Program-made: the position numbers and the translations under genes | Notes under the pieces: generated by a model | The model's input: the letters and a program-made list of their open reading frames with translations, nothing else | What the model was told of the DNA's origin: nothing | The model's database searches: none | In this document: piece after piece, positions 8,357 to 18,339 of the stretch | Position numbering within the stretch: the stretch's first letter is position 1 | Layout: every line of letters begins with the position of its first letter | NCBI GenBank assembly: GCA_963737265.1 | Contig: CAVTRY010000008.1 | Location: 1,446 to 65,445, forward strand | Length of the DNA stretch: 64,000 bases | Origin: an uncultured delta proteobacterium | Lineage (GTDB): Bacteria; Myxococcota_A; Polyangia; Fen-1088 | Reading direction: 5' to 3'

Positions 8357-9717
8357 CGGTCACCTCCTTGTGGCGAAGGGTTTCGGCCGACGGCTCGGTC
8401 GAGCAGCACGGAGGGCGGATCGAAGGGCACCGGTCGCGAGGCTTTTGTCGCATGTCCCCCGCCACGATTTGAGCGCTTTCGGCGGGCGTTCTTAGCAGGG
8501 TCGACGGGATGAAGAGGCAGCGCCTTTCCCTCGTGCTCGACCCACGGAGCTTCGTTCATGTCGACGAGGCAACGGGCCACCATGACCAGTCGCCCTGCGA
8601 GGAAGCCCTGGTCAAGCTCCCAGTCCGTACCCTCCAGTGGCAGCGTGGTATCTCGGCGTACGCGGCGGCGCACGCGCACGGTCAGCGCCTCGCGCAGCTT
8701 GTGCTCGTCAAAGCGGTCGGTGGGACGTTCGGCTGCCTCGTACACGCGCGCGGGCGCGCGGCCGAGCAGCGACGCGTGCGGCGCCTTGTGGTAGTGCTCG
8801 TCGAGAAAGGCCCACAGTCGCACGTTGATGTCGTGTAACGACGACACCTGGCCAAGAAAGTCGAGACATCCCTGGCGCAGGGTGCGCCAGAAGCGCTCCA
8901 TTTTTCCACGTGCCTGCGGGTCGTAGGGACGCGCGTGCAACAGGGAGACGCCCATGCGCGCACAAGCCGTGGACAAGATGTCGCCGCGATAGGTGCTGCC
9001 GTTGTCGAGGTACAAGGCATCGGGTGGCCCATGCCTGCGCAGGGCGCGCACAAACATGCCGAGCATATCCACCTCGCGCTCGGTGTGGTGCGCTTCCAGC
9101 GCGATGATGAAGCGAGAGGCATCGTCGAGAAGTCCGTGAATTCGCACCGGCATGTTTTTGCCGTCGACCGAAATCGCCGGGCCGTAACAGACATCACCGT
9201 GCCAGAGCGCCCCAGGCCGCTCGGCTTCCCAGCGCAGCCTGGTCTTCGGCCCCTTGCTATCGCGCATGGGAATGCGGTCCAGTCCCTCGTCGGCGAAAAG
9301 CCGCCGCACCGTCGAGGCCGACACCGCGTCCTTGCTCAATCGTCCGTCGAGGGTCAGGGTGCGAAGGATCAAGGGCACCGAAGCCGAGGGGTGCTCGCGC
9401 CGGATGTCGCACAGAAGCGTGCGCTGCTCCGCTGTCAGCTCCTGCGCGCGTCCACTATCGCTGCGTGGTTCGGGGCGCAGGGCATCTAGGCTTCCAGCTT
9501 TGTAGGCGTAGTACCAACGCTCCAGCGTCGGAATGGAGAATCTGCGCGTGCTGTCCGCTCCCGGCGGCCGGTAGCGCTCGGCGGCCAGATCTTTCAGCGT
9601 CGCCGCCAACTCTCCGTGGTCGAGATCTCGCCGGGTGAGTGCGCCGACGATCTCGCTGCGAAAGATGGCTACCTCCTCGGCATGGTCCTTGGGCTTCAGG
9701 CTTTGTAGGTCGGTCAT
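8353..9717 (-). CDS. DDE (rve) transposase, TniA/TnsB/MuA-like
   Basis: Integrase-core triad context WHGDV.., ..YLDNGSTY.., ..GKMERFW... Start set at M21 (MTDLQSL), with GAAGGGA upstream. The maximal ORF extends to 9777. Confidence 0.8.
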   Translation of the reverse strand: MTDLQSLKPKDHAEEVAIFRSEIVGALTRRDLDHGELAATLKDLAAERYRPPGADSTRRFSIPTLERWYYAYKAGSLDALRPEPRSDSGRAQELTAEQRTLLCDIRREHPSASVPLILRTLTLDGRLSKDAVSASTVRRLFADEGLDRIPMRDSKGPKTRLRWEAERPGALWHGDVCYGPAISVDGKNMPVRIHGLLDDASRFIIALEAHHTEREVDMLGMFVRALRRHGPPDALYLDNGSTYRGDILSTACARMGVSLLHARPYDPQARGKMERFWRTLRQGCLDFLGQVSSLHDINVRLWAFLDEHYHKAPHASLLGRAPARVYEAAERPTDRFDEHKLREALTVRVRRRVRRDTTLPLEGTDWELDQGFLAGRLVMVARCLVDMNEAPWVEHEGKALPLHPVDPAKNARRKRSNRGGGHATKASRPVPFDPPSVLLDRAVGRNPSPQGGDR

Positions 9718-9834
9718 GGTGTCCCTTCTGCAATCGCGGTGTGCGATGCAGGTAAAGCCATGCTTCATTCCGGCCACGCCTGGCAGGGATCTTCGCGGGT
9801 GGGCGAAGTCCCAGCGACGGGAAAAGTCTGATGG

Positions 9835-10467
9835 TCATCGCATAGCGAGCGTCGCTCCTTGGAAAGCCCGGGTTGCCACAGACGCCTCGTTCGAGGGCGG
9901 CGGCCCGAGTGAAGCGAGTCCCAACGCCGCCCGCTCAGCCGCCTGCCGTGCGGTGAAATCCGACGGCGAAGCGCGCAGTCCGGACAGCAGCGTGCCCGCA
10001 CGAATGGCGCGAATCCAGCGCCGCAACGTGGCCCAACCGGTGATGGCGGTCTCGCCGATGATCGTCCGCGGACTCGTCTGTCGCCGCACTTCCGCAATAG
10101 ACAATTTCTGCACCCCGAACAAGGCCAACGCCCACCCGACCGCAGACGAGGTGTAAAGCCGTCCCGGTATCGTTTCGCAAGGAACCACGGTGAGCACGGC
10201 GCCGCACTTGCAGAGAAAGCGACGGACGAGCAGCAAGACCATCTTGGGCACTTGCCCCGGTCCTGGCGGTCCCCAAAACTGTCTTGAGCGCAGCCCGTGC
10301 CCGATGATCCCAAGACTTGCTCCCGGCGGACAGCCAGCTCGTCCACATAGAGGGCAGGTGCTCGGTCTGAGCAAGTCCACGCCTGGCACTGCCGCCAACC
10401 AGAGCTTGACCCCGACCTTGCCATGCACGATTGTCTGAAGCGCTCCGTTCCTTTCGTTTCCTTTCAC
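9835..10467 (-). CDS. hypothetical zinc-ribbon protein (transposon-borne)
   Basis: 210-aa ORF with CPLCG ... CKCG cysteine pairs and a balanced composition. Two other overlapping frames look like GC artefacts. The function and the start codon are uncertain. Confidence 0.35.
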   Translation of the reverse strand: MKGNERNGALQTIVHGKVGVKLWLAAVPGVDLLRPSTCPLCGRAGCPPGASLGIIGHGLRSRQFWGPPGPGQVPKMVLLLVRRFLCKCGAVLTVVPCETIPGRLYTSSAVGWALALFGVQKLSIAEVRRQTSPRTIIGETAITGWATLRRWIRAIRAGTLLSGLRASPSDFTARQAAERAALGLASLGPPPSNEASVATRAFQGATLAMR

Positions 10468-10700
10468 GTCGGGTGCGGAGCACGACCAGGCAGGGTGGTG
10501 GATACGCCCTCCTGGTCACCTACATAGCTGCGGCCAGCGAGATGCCGATGCTCCTCCTTTCCCTGCCGCCACTACCCTGATTCCCCGCAAGCCGCCATGA
10601 ACATTTCCACGACGGGAATGATGGCGATTGTCCAACCGATGCCATCACGGAGGGAGCACAATCTCCCGCCGCTCAGCCGCACTCACACCGCCTCGGAACA

Positions 10701-13700
10701 CCGAGGGACCGCGCGACCTGGCGCTATCGGTGCGCTGGACTGGCACGTCCGAGGTTTCAATCCACGCGCGGGCCCGAGGGACCGCGCGACGTGTGCCGCC
10801 TTTGTAGTCAACAGGTAGCTCAACTGTTTCAATCCACGCGCGGGCCCGAGGGACCGCGCGACGCTGGCAAACTGCGGACACTGCTTCTCGATTGCAGGTT
10901 TCAATCCACGCGCGGGCCCGAGGGACCGCGCGACCCCACGCGTGCTAGGTGGCATCGTCAAATAGGCTGCGTTTCAATCCACGCGCGGGCCCGAGGGACC
11001 GCGCGACAATCTATTTTGCTCCAAGTGCGGCCGAGGCATGGGTTTCAATCCACGCGCGGGCCCGAGGGACCGCGCGACGGTTTCCTCTTCGGACTCGTCG
11101 GCGCCCTGCTGGTTTCAATCCACGCGCGGGCCCGAGGGACCGCGCGACCCTGCCGCTGACGCCTCTCGGCTCTCCGTTGCTTTTGTTTCAATCCACGCGC
11201 GGGCCCGAGGGACCGCGCGACCTGCCCGACTTGCAAGGGTGCGTGCACGGTCCTAGGTTTCAATCCACGCGCGGGCCCGAGGGACCGCGCGACCTCGACG
11301 ACGTGAGCTGGTTCGTCTGCGAGGAGGTTTCAATCCACGCGCGGGCCCGAGGGACCGCGCGACCTTCACCGAGTGGCACAGCACCAGAACAGACGAGTTT
11401 CAATCCACGCGCGGGCCCGAGGGACCGCGCGACCACCAAGGGTCCGCCGATGTCATGCGCCGTCGCGTTTCAATCCACGCGCGGGCCCGAGGGACCGCGC
11501 GACTTGAAGACAGGCGGCACACGCCGATCATTTTGCATAGTTTCAATCCACGCGCGGGCCCGAGGGACCGCGCGACGACTACAAAGGCGGCACACTGCTA
11601 GCGCCTGACGGTTTCAATCCACGCGCGGGCCCGAGGGACCGCGCGACGTGCGCGGCGATTTGCATGACGTGGAATTTGCAGTTTCAATCCACGCGCGGGC
11701 CCGAGGGACCGCGCGACTTGCTGGCGCCGTTACCATTCAGTATGCGCGCTGGGGTTTCAATCCACGCGCGGGCCCGAGGGACCGCGCGACCCCGCCCGAT
11801 GTTCTGGCATAGTTCAGCGCAATGGTTTCAATCCACGCGCGGGCCCGAGGGACCGCGCGACCCCGTGGAGTATCCCCCCGCTATTGCGACGTTTGTTTCA
11901 ATCCACGCGCGGGCCCGAGGGACCGCGCGACGTTATTCACGGGCGTGAATGACGTTCCAACGTCGGAGTTTCAATCCACGCGCGGGCCCGAGGGACCGCG
12001 CGACAGCCTGCCGTTGAAGTGCAACTAGCTATCCCGCTGGTTTCAATCCACGCGCGGGCCCGAGGGACCGCGCGACCGCCTGGAACGAATGTAATCCCTG
12101 CGGGATTGTGGTTTCAATCCACGCGCGGGCCCGAGGGACCGCGCGACTGACCCACGCGACGATAGACGACGAGCGATCACCGTTTCAATCCACGCGCGGG
12201 CCCGAGGGACCGCGCGACTGGGATACTGGGAGGTGTCACCATGGTGACAAAGTTTCAATCCACGCGCGGGCCCGAGGGACCGCGCGACCCGATGTGTACC
12301 CACTGCCGCCGCTTTCGCCTGTGTTTCAATCCACGCGCGGGCCCGAGGGACCGCGCGACTCGCTAGTTAGCATGTGGAACCTCTGCACAGTAGTTTCAAT
12401 CCACGCGCGGGCCCGAGGGACCGCGCGACACCCGTTGTTGTGGCGTTAGTTGCAAATATGCTTGGTTTCAATCCACGCGCGGGCCCGAGGGACCGCGCGA
12501 CGATCCGCTTGTCAGCACCCGGCTGGGGTAGGTAGGTGTTTCAATCCACGCGCGGGCCCGAGGGACCGCGCGACTACTGTGCCGAGGTACCACATGCTAA
12601 CTAGCGATGTTTCAATCCACGCGCGGGCCCGAGGGACCGCGCGACTGAGCAGCGGCGCGAGGAGCGCACGCGCGATGTTGTTTCAATCCACGCGCGGGCC
12701 CGAGGGACCGCGCGACATGTACTTCTCACCAAGGTACGGCCCGTGTTGTTTCAATCCACGCGCGGGCCCGAGGGACCGCGCGACGGTCGAACTCCGTGGC
12801 GAAGTAGCGGTTCTCCATCACGTTTCAATCCACGCGCGGGCCCGAGGGACCGCGCGACCCGTGGACCAGCCACCATGCGGTGCGGACCAAGGTTGTTTCA
12901 ATCCACGCGCGGGCCCGAGGGACCGCGCGACTCCAGCTAGGCAACCAGAATGCTTTCCAGCGCCCGCGTTTCAATCCACGCGCGGGCCCGAGGGACCGCG
13001 CGACGAGGTGGAGATCCGCCGAGCCGTCTCGCTCATGGTTTCAATCCACGCGCGGGCCCGAGGGACCGCGCGACACGAAACGACGCTTTACCCACGTGTG
13101 CCCCGGACCAGTTTCAATCCACGCGCGGGCCCGAGGGACCGCGCGACTCAATTTGGCCCACTACCGCAACAGTGCTGACCTTGTTTCAATCCACGCGCGG
13201 GCCCGAGGGACCGCGCGACTCGGGCTGTGGCCGCCGGTTGCCTTGCTCCACGAGTTTCAATCCACGCGCGGGCCCGAGGGACCGCGCGACCAGGACGGCC
13301 TCAAGCGGGTGGACATCGAGACCTGGTTTCAATCCACGCGCGGGCCCGAGGGACCGCGCGACCCTGCTGGGGCGCTTTGGCAGCTCACGCTAGACGTTTC
13401 AATCCACGCGCGGGCCCGAGGGACCGCGCGACACGTTGATGCTCGCAAACAACTACAAACAGCAGGTTTCAATCCACGCGCGGGCCCGAGGGACCGCGCG
13501 ACGTCGCCGTGAACAGGAGTATCTCGACAGTGCCAGGTTTCAATCCACGCGCGGGCCCGAGGGACCGCGCGACTATTTTACGGTTTTCAGGCTACGACCG
13601 ACAACCTAGTTTCAATCCACGCGCGGGCCCGAGGGACCGCGCGACGTCCGTCTGACTGATGACGTCGATGTTCATCTGGTTTCAATCCACGCGCGGGCCC

Positions 13701-14856
13701 GAGGGACCGCGCGACTGTGCCCCATCGAGGGACTGTCGAGATGGACGCAGGTTTCAATCCACGCGCGGGCCCGAGGGACCGCGCGACCGGTCATCGTCTC
13801 AAACGCGAATACATCGTAGTCGGTTTCAATCCACGCGCGGGCCCGAGGGACCGCGCGACCCGGCCGGTTACCACTTGTCCGGCACGCAAGCTGTTTCAAT
13901 CCACGCGCGGGCCCGAGGGACCGCGCGACCGCTTCGGCTTCCGCCGCAACCGGAGTTGAAACAGGTTTCAATCCACGCGCGGGCCCGAGGGACCGCGCGA
14001 CTAGAGGGATGGTCAAGGGTGATGGGCACACCATTGTTTCAATCCACGCGCGGGCCCGAGGGACCGCGCGACGTCAGCACAGCAGGCGCGGTAACAGCAT
14101 CAAATATAGGTTTCAATCCACGCGCGGGCCCGAGGGACCGCGCGACGCCAATAGCCAAAGCAAGCGCGTCGGCCCTGGTGAGTTTCAATCCACGCGCGGG
14201 CCCGAGGGACCGCGCGACGGGGGATTGACGTGCTCAAGATGTCCAAGGAAAGGTTTCAATCCACGCGCGGGCCCGAGGGACCGCGCGACGGGTCTTGGCA
14301 GTGTGACCAACGATGCGCAAACGTTTCAATCCACGCGCGGGCCCGAGGGACCGCGCGACCCCACAGCATCTCGCCCTGCCACCGCGTGAAGTATCGTTTC
14401 AATCCACGCGCGGGCCCGAGGGACCGCGCGACCATCATCTTCCAACGCTAAGGAGCTGACCCATGTTTCAATCCACGCGCGGGCCCGAGGGACCGCGCGA
14501 CGGCGCAAGTTCCCGACGGCGCTCATTCGCTCCGATGTTTCAATCCACGCGCGGGCCCGAGGGACCGCGCGACGGCATCAACGCCCTGGCCACGCTCTCC
14601 ACCGGCGAGTTTCAATCCACGCGCGGGCCCGAGGGACCGCGCGACCGCTGCGGGCCTTGTCGGATTATTGGGGTCAGCATGTTTCAATCCACGCGCGGGC
14701 CCGAGGGACCGCGCGACATGGAGCGTAAGCTCCTTCTGCAGATGCTCACGAGTTTCAATCCACGCGCGGGCCCGAGGGACCGCGCGACCCGCTCAGAAAA
14801 GCGTCTTTGCCGACTCCATGTTTCAATCCACGCGCGGGCCCGAGGGACCGCGCGAC
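10701..14856 (-). CRISPR. CRISPR array, leader-side segment (type I-C repeat)
   Basis: Starts with the remainder of the split repeat (10701-10717), then 58 full 37-bp repeats (first at 10754, last at 14820-14856). 58 spacers of 31-37 bp. The leader and cas2 lie directly beyond 14856. Confidence 0.97.
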
Positions 14857-15039
14857 GCACCCCCTTAGAATACAACGAATTCCGCATATCTACGAACGGT
14901 TCGGCGCGAGGGCTGCTTTTTAAGAGCAATTGCGCCACCGTCGCGGGCGGCGCCATGGTTGTACTCTTTGGTTTTCATAGAGCTATCTGACAGGCGCGAA
15001 CCGATCGGGGATTCCATGTCCACTCTACCTTCGCGCGCC
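14857..15039 (-). promoter_or_regulatory. CRISPR leader
   Basis: 183-bp non-coding stretch between the cas2 stop and the first repeat, visibly more AT-rich than its surroundings (..TTAGAATACAACGAATTCCGCATATCTACG..). Its position fits the I-C layout. Confidence 0.6.
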
Positions 15040-15330
15040 CTACACGATAAGGGAGCCCTCGAAGTCGATGCTCGGTTTGATGCCGTGGTGTTCGGCCTGC
15101 GCAAGGTCGTCTTGGCCCAGGAAATAGAAGCGCAGACTGTCCTCGTCGGGATCAAAGAGACGCAGAAGCTCGCCACGTAGCTTGATCCACAGGGCGTCCG
15201 GCAATTTGCACTCGAAGACCGAGAACTGCACGCGTTGCCCATAGCTCTCGCAGGCTTTGGCAATACGACGGAGGCGGCGACGCCCCTCCCTGCTTTCGGT
15301 GGAAACATCGTAGGTGACCAGAACGACCAT
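15040..15330 (-). CDS. cas2: CRISPR-associated endoribonuclease Cas2
   Basis: 96 aa beginning MVVLVTYDVS.., with ..RVQFSVFEC.. Lies beside cas1 and the array. Confidence 0.9.
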   Translation of the reverse strand: MVVLVTYDVSTESREGRRRLRRIAKACESYGQRVQFSVFECKLPDALWIKLRGELLRLFDPDEDSLRFYFLGQDDLAQAEHHGIKPSIDFEGSLIV

Positions 15331-15339
15331 GACCCTATC

Positions 15340-16365
15340 TCAACCAGCCGGATGAAATGGAGGAAATGTATCGAGATCCCCACGAAGCGTTCGCGCCAGC
15401 AGTCGCGCCTCAACATGCGGAACCAATCCCCAGGCTATCTCGTCGCCAAGCAAAGGATGGACGATGCTGGTCGCCTTGCGTTCCTGGTGTGTCTTGATGA
15501 CCAGTTTACGCGCCTCGTCCGTCAATTCGACGGCGCCACTTTCGGTGTGTCGGAAGTCGTCCGAGCGAAGCTGTTGATTGTTGACCATGGACAACACCAG
15601 TCGATCGGCCACCAGGGGACGCAAATGCTCCATCAAATCGAGCGCCAGGCCAGGTCGACCTGGCCTGAACGCGTGAAGGAAGCCAAGCGCTGGGTCCAGG
15701 CCATTGGCTTGAAGCGCGGACAAGCAGTCGTTCATCAGCAATGCGTACGCGAATGAGAGCAAACAATTCAGCGGATCGCGCGGTGGCCTGCGCTGGCGAG
15801 TGGTCCAGCGAAAGTCGTCGCTTTGCTGCCTGACCATGTCGCCGAAGACCTCGAAATATCGCGCTGCCGCCTCGCCTTCGCTGCCGCGCACCTGGTCGTG
15901 GGTCTCCATCCGTTGCGGATCGCTCATCCGCAAAGCCCGCGCAGCATCGCTCAGACGCACGGCCGCCTCGCCTTCGGCTTCCCGTGCTGCCCTTTGCAAG
16001 ACGTGACGTTGGTTTGCGATCTTGCCTTGAACGACGCTCTTCGCGATTGCCAGGCTGCGCCCCACATCCAGATGGCATTGCGTCTGGTTCAACCGCAAGA
16101 GTGCGCCGCTTTGGTTTGTGCCCTCGACTCGCCCACGAAAGCGCCCATGTTCGGTAAGGAACGAAATCCCGACTCCACGTTCGAGGCACAGGTACATCAA
16201 TTCCGGGCTGACGTAGACATGCCCCAGGCAGACGATGGATTCCAGGTGGTGCACGGGAACGCGCAGCCGTTGCTCGCGCTCGACTCGAACCGCGACCGTT
16301 TCGCCCTCCTTCAGCAAGGCCGTGTCCGCGGTCGTCACGTACAGCGTGTTGAGCAGAACAGCCAT
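15340..16365 (-). CDS. cas1: CRISPR-associated integrase Cas1 (I-C type)
   Basis: ~342 aa when started at M21 (MAVLLNTLYV..), directly after the cas4 stop. Lies between cas4 and cas2. The maximal ORF extends to 16425. Confidence 0.85.
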   Translation of the reverse strand: MAVLLNTLYVTTADTALLKEGETVAVRVEREQRLRVPVHHLESIVCLGHVYVSPELMYLCLERGVGISFLTEHGRFRGRVEGTNQSGALLRLNQTQCHLDVGRSLAIAKSVVQGKIANQRHVLQRAAREAEGEAAVRLSDAARALRMSDPQRMETHDQVRGSEGEAAARYFEVFGDMVRQQSDDFRWTTRQRRPPRDPLNCLLSFAYALLMNDCLSALQANGLDPALGFLHAFRPGRPGLALDLMEHLRPLVADRLVLSMVNNQQLRSDDFRHTESGAVELTDEARKLVIKTHQERKATSIVHPLLGDEIAWGLVPHVEARLLARTLRGDLDTFPPFHPAG

Positions 16366-16367
16366 AG

Positions 16368-16991
16368 TCACAGCTCCCGCATATAGGCCAAGAGCCGCCC
16401 ACGCGTTGGCAAGGACGGCATGCACAGGGTTCGTAAGCTACAACGCTCGCACTTCTTGCCCGGCTCTGGCTCAGGTGTTCGCCCATCTTGCAGCATGGAT
16501 GCGATGGCGGCGATGGCCGATTCCGTCTCTTGGCGAAGCCCCGCATCGAACTGCACCTCGCGCCGCCGCCGGGACGCGCCGAAATACAGCGCACCCGCCG
16601 GCACGACAACCTTCAGCATCTCCTCAAGGCACAGCGCCTGTGCATACAGTTGCAGCTCGGCATGGCGAAAGTTGTTGCGCACGCTGCGCTTGTACTCGAC
16701 CGGAAAGGGCCGGCCCGGCGGCGGATAGCCCAGATCGGAGAAGAACACCACCATGTCCGCTTTGCCGGCCAGCCCCAACCGGTCGCACTTGAGCGCCAGC
16801 GCCCGTGACTTCTTCATTCCCGGACGCTGTTCGAGTCCTGGGAGATCCACCTGCTCGTGCATTTCCTTCCCCTTGGCGGTGAGGACATTCTCCGCCCAAA
16901 GCCCCTCAAGGTGGATCAGTCCACACTGGCGCCGGCAGAAGCTCCAGTGCTCGATCGCAGAGATCGAGACGAGGCGTTCGTCGTCGTCCAT
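16368..16991 (-). CDS. cas4: CRISPR-associated exonuclease Cas4
   Basis: 207 aa with an N-terminal Cys (..HWSFCRRQCGL..) and a C-terminal Cys cluster (CERCSLRTLC), as in RecB-like Fe-S Cas4. Confidence 0.85.
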   Translation of the reverse strand: MDDDERLVSISAIEHWSFCRRQCGLIHLEGLWAENVLTAKGKEMHEQVDLPGLEQRPGMKKSRALALKCDRLGLAGKADMVVFFSDLGYPPPGRPFPVEYKRSVRNNFRHAELQLYAQALCLEEMLKVVVPAGALYFGASRRRREVQFDAGLRQETESAIAAIASMLQDGRTPEPEPGKKCERCSLRTLCMPSLPTRGRLLAYMREL

Positions 16992-17041
16992 GCGGCAGAA
17001 CCGATCGAAACGGTTACTGCCGCATGGCGAAGCGTGGGCGA

Positions 17042-17911
17042 TCAGAAGCCATCGATCTCTTCAGGCACTAGGCCGTCGAGTGTGGCAAGGGTGTAGCTGC
17101 CATCGGCCTTCACCGCCAAAGAGCGATGAACCTTGGCCGAAGAATACTGGCCGGACTTGCAGTTGTGGGGCCACCAAATCACCTTCGCGACCTCCATGCT
17201 GCCTTCGGGGCGAGCCGACGAGGCGTCGTTCTCGAATACCTTGGGCAGGAGTGCCTTGATGGTCTGAGCATCGGCGTCCGTGAAGCCAGTCCGCTCAGCG
17301 AGCTGTGGATTCATGGATCCAAACGTCACATATACGCCCTGGTCCACCCGATGTTTCATGCCCATGGTGTCCGAGCCGCGTTTTGAGCCATCGCCTTCAC
17401 CGCTCACACTCTTGGTGATCTGGGTACTGGTGACGCTGACGGGCTCAAGGCTGAATGCGGACTGAATCGTGACAGGGCCTCGGATACCGATCGACACGCC
17501 GGCATCGCCTTCCCCGTCAGCGCGCTTCTTCTTGTCTGCCTTGTAGGCGAACAGTTGACCAAAGGTGCGGACATCTAGCCACGTCTCGCACGCGCTTTTC
17601 GCGATCTTGGCGGCGTCCTTTTCCTTCGCAAGGACGGTATCGGCGCGGTCGCGCAGACTCTTGGCTTTGTCCATCTTGCGATCATCCGACTGAACGAAGA
17701 TGGCTTGCCCGGATCGCTCTCCTTCCGGGAGTGCCTTCCAGCGTTCCATCAAGCGATCACGGAGCTTTCGCTTCAGGCAGACATCGGTGATCTCGCCGAG
17801 GCCTGAATAGTCCGTCCGCGGACGGTTTCCATTGAGTGGATCTCCGTTGGGATTGGCGTTGCGGACCCGAAGGATGATGGCGAAATCGATCTTCTTGTTG
17901 AGACTTGGCAT
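17042..17911 (-). CDS. cas7: Cas7 (Csd2), type I-C backbone subunit
   Basis: ..IDFAIILRVRNANPNGDPLNGNRPRTD.. is the characteristic Csd2 N-terminus. The ATG at 17911 is preceded by GGAGA. Confidence 0.85.
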   Translation of the reverse strand: MPSLNKKIDFAIILRVRNANPNGDPLNGNRPRTDYSGLGEITDVCLKRKLRDRLMERWKALPEGERSGQAIFVQSDDRKMDKAKSLRDRADTVLAKEKDAAKIAKSACETWLDVRTFGQLFAYKADKKKRADGEGDAGVSIGIRGPVTIQSAFSLEPVSVTSTQITKSVSGEGDGSKRGSDTMGMKHRVDQGVYVTFGSMNPQLAERTGFTDADAQTIKALLPKVFENDASSARPEGSMEVAKVIWWPHNCKSGQYSSAKVHRSLAVKADGSYTLATLDGLVPEEIDGF

Positions 17912-17928
17912 GGGGGATCTCCTTGATG

Positions 17929-18339
17929 TCACTCGGCGGTAGCGGGAGTTGATTCGGTGTCCTCAGGTTCATGGCGGAGGGCTTGGCGTTGGCAGTGGTA
18001 GCCAAGCAGAAACTCGCCGGAAAGCGGACGATCATTGGTAAAGGCTTCCTTTTCATCCTGGGGCGAGAAGGCGCCAAGCAGTTGGTCGAGAAGCTTCTCC
18101 ATGTTCCAGAGGAAGCCTGCCCTCGAATTGCGAAGGCGTGCCTTGTACGGGGTGAGGGAGAGTTCGATGGTTCGCCAAGTGCTGTAGGGGTGATCTGCAA
18201 ACCGCTGCAGCAAGCGCGCGGCGGTCGTATCGCGATTCTCGCCCGCTACGTATAGGGCGCGACTTTCAAGGTGTTCCGCGGCGGCCAGCAAGCGACCGTA
18301 AAGGTAGTCCCGGGTCTTCCTGTCTTCTTGGAGAGCCAT
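17929..18339 (-). CDS. candidate Cas11c small subunit from an internal in-frame start within cas8c
   Basis: In-frame ATG at 18339 ([18 protein letters not shown]..) preceded by AAGGAAAGGGG about 7 nt upstream, giving ~136 aa. Type I-C systems are known to make Cas11 by internal translation of the cas8c 3' end. Confidence 0.45.
   Translation of the reverse strand: MALQEDRKTRDYLYGRLLAAAEHLESRALYVAGENRDTTAARLLQRFADHPYSTWRTIELSLTPYKARLRNSRAGFLWNMEKLLDQLLGAFSPQDEKEAFTNDRPLSGEFLLGYHCQRQALRHEPEDTESTPATAE

Larger units (their letters stand above)
7214..10700 (-). mobile_element. Tn7/Tn5053/Mu-like transposon (TniA/TniB-like) inserted in a CRISPR repeat
   Basis: The ends are 5'-TGTTGCC.. and ..GGAACA-3' (TGT/ACA). 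The 5-bp CCGAG is duplicated at 7209-7213 and 10701-10705, and together with the flanks it rebuilds one intact repeat. Subterminal motifs TCCGTGATGSC and CCATCATT occur in inverted orientation near both ends (7294-7311; 10614-10651). Confidence 0.8.

Noticed and set aside
9765-10519. Alternative overlapping ORFs 9765-10424 (219 aa) and 9935-10519 (194 aa) in the transposon cargo region.
   Set aside because: Their composition is dominated by Arg, Ser, Gly and Pro. The 9835-10467 frame has a more protein-like composition and paired Cys motifs. Only one frame can be real, and even that one is uncertain.
6570-14856. Self-targeting spacers against the IS21, the transposon, IS91 or the PAAR-like cassettes within this window.
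   Set aside because: Scanning by eye found no convincing match. This is not exhaustive, and an alignment of all 67 spacers against the genome is needed before drawing any conclusion.
6557-14990. Dozens of ORFs across the CRISPR arrays encoding FQSTRGPEGPRD, VSIHARARGTAR or FNPRAGPRDRAT repeats.
   Set aside because: They are translations of the 37-bp CRISPR repeat in three frames on both strands, not genes.
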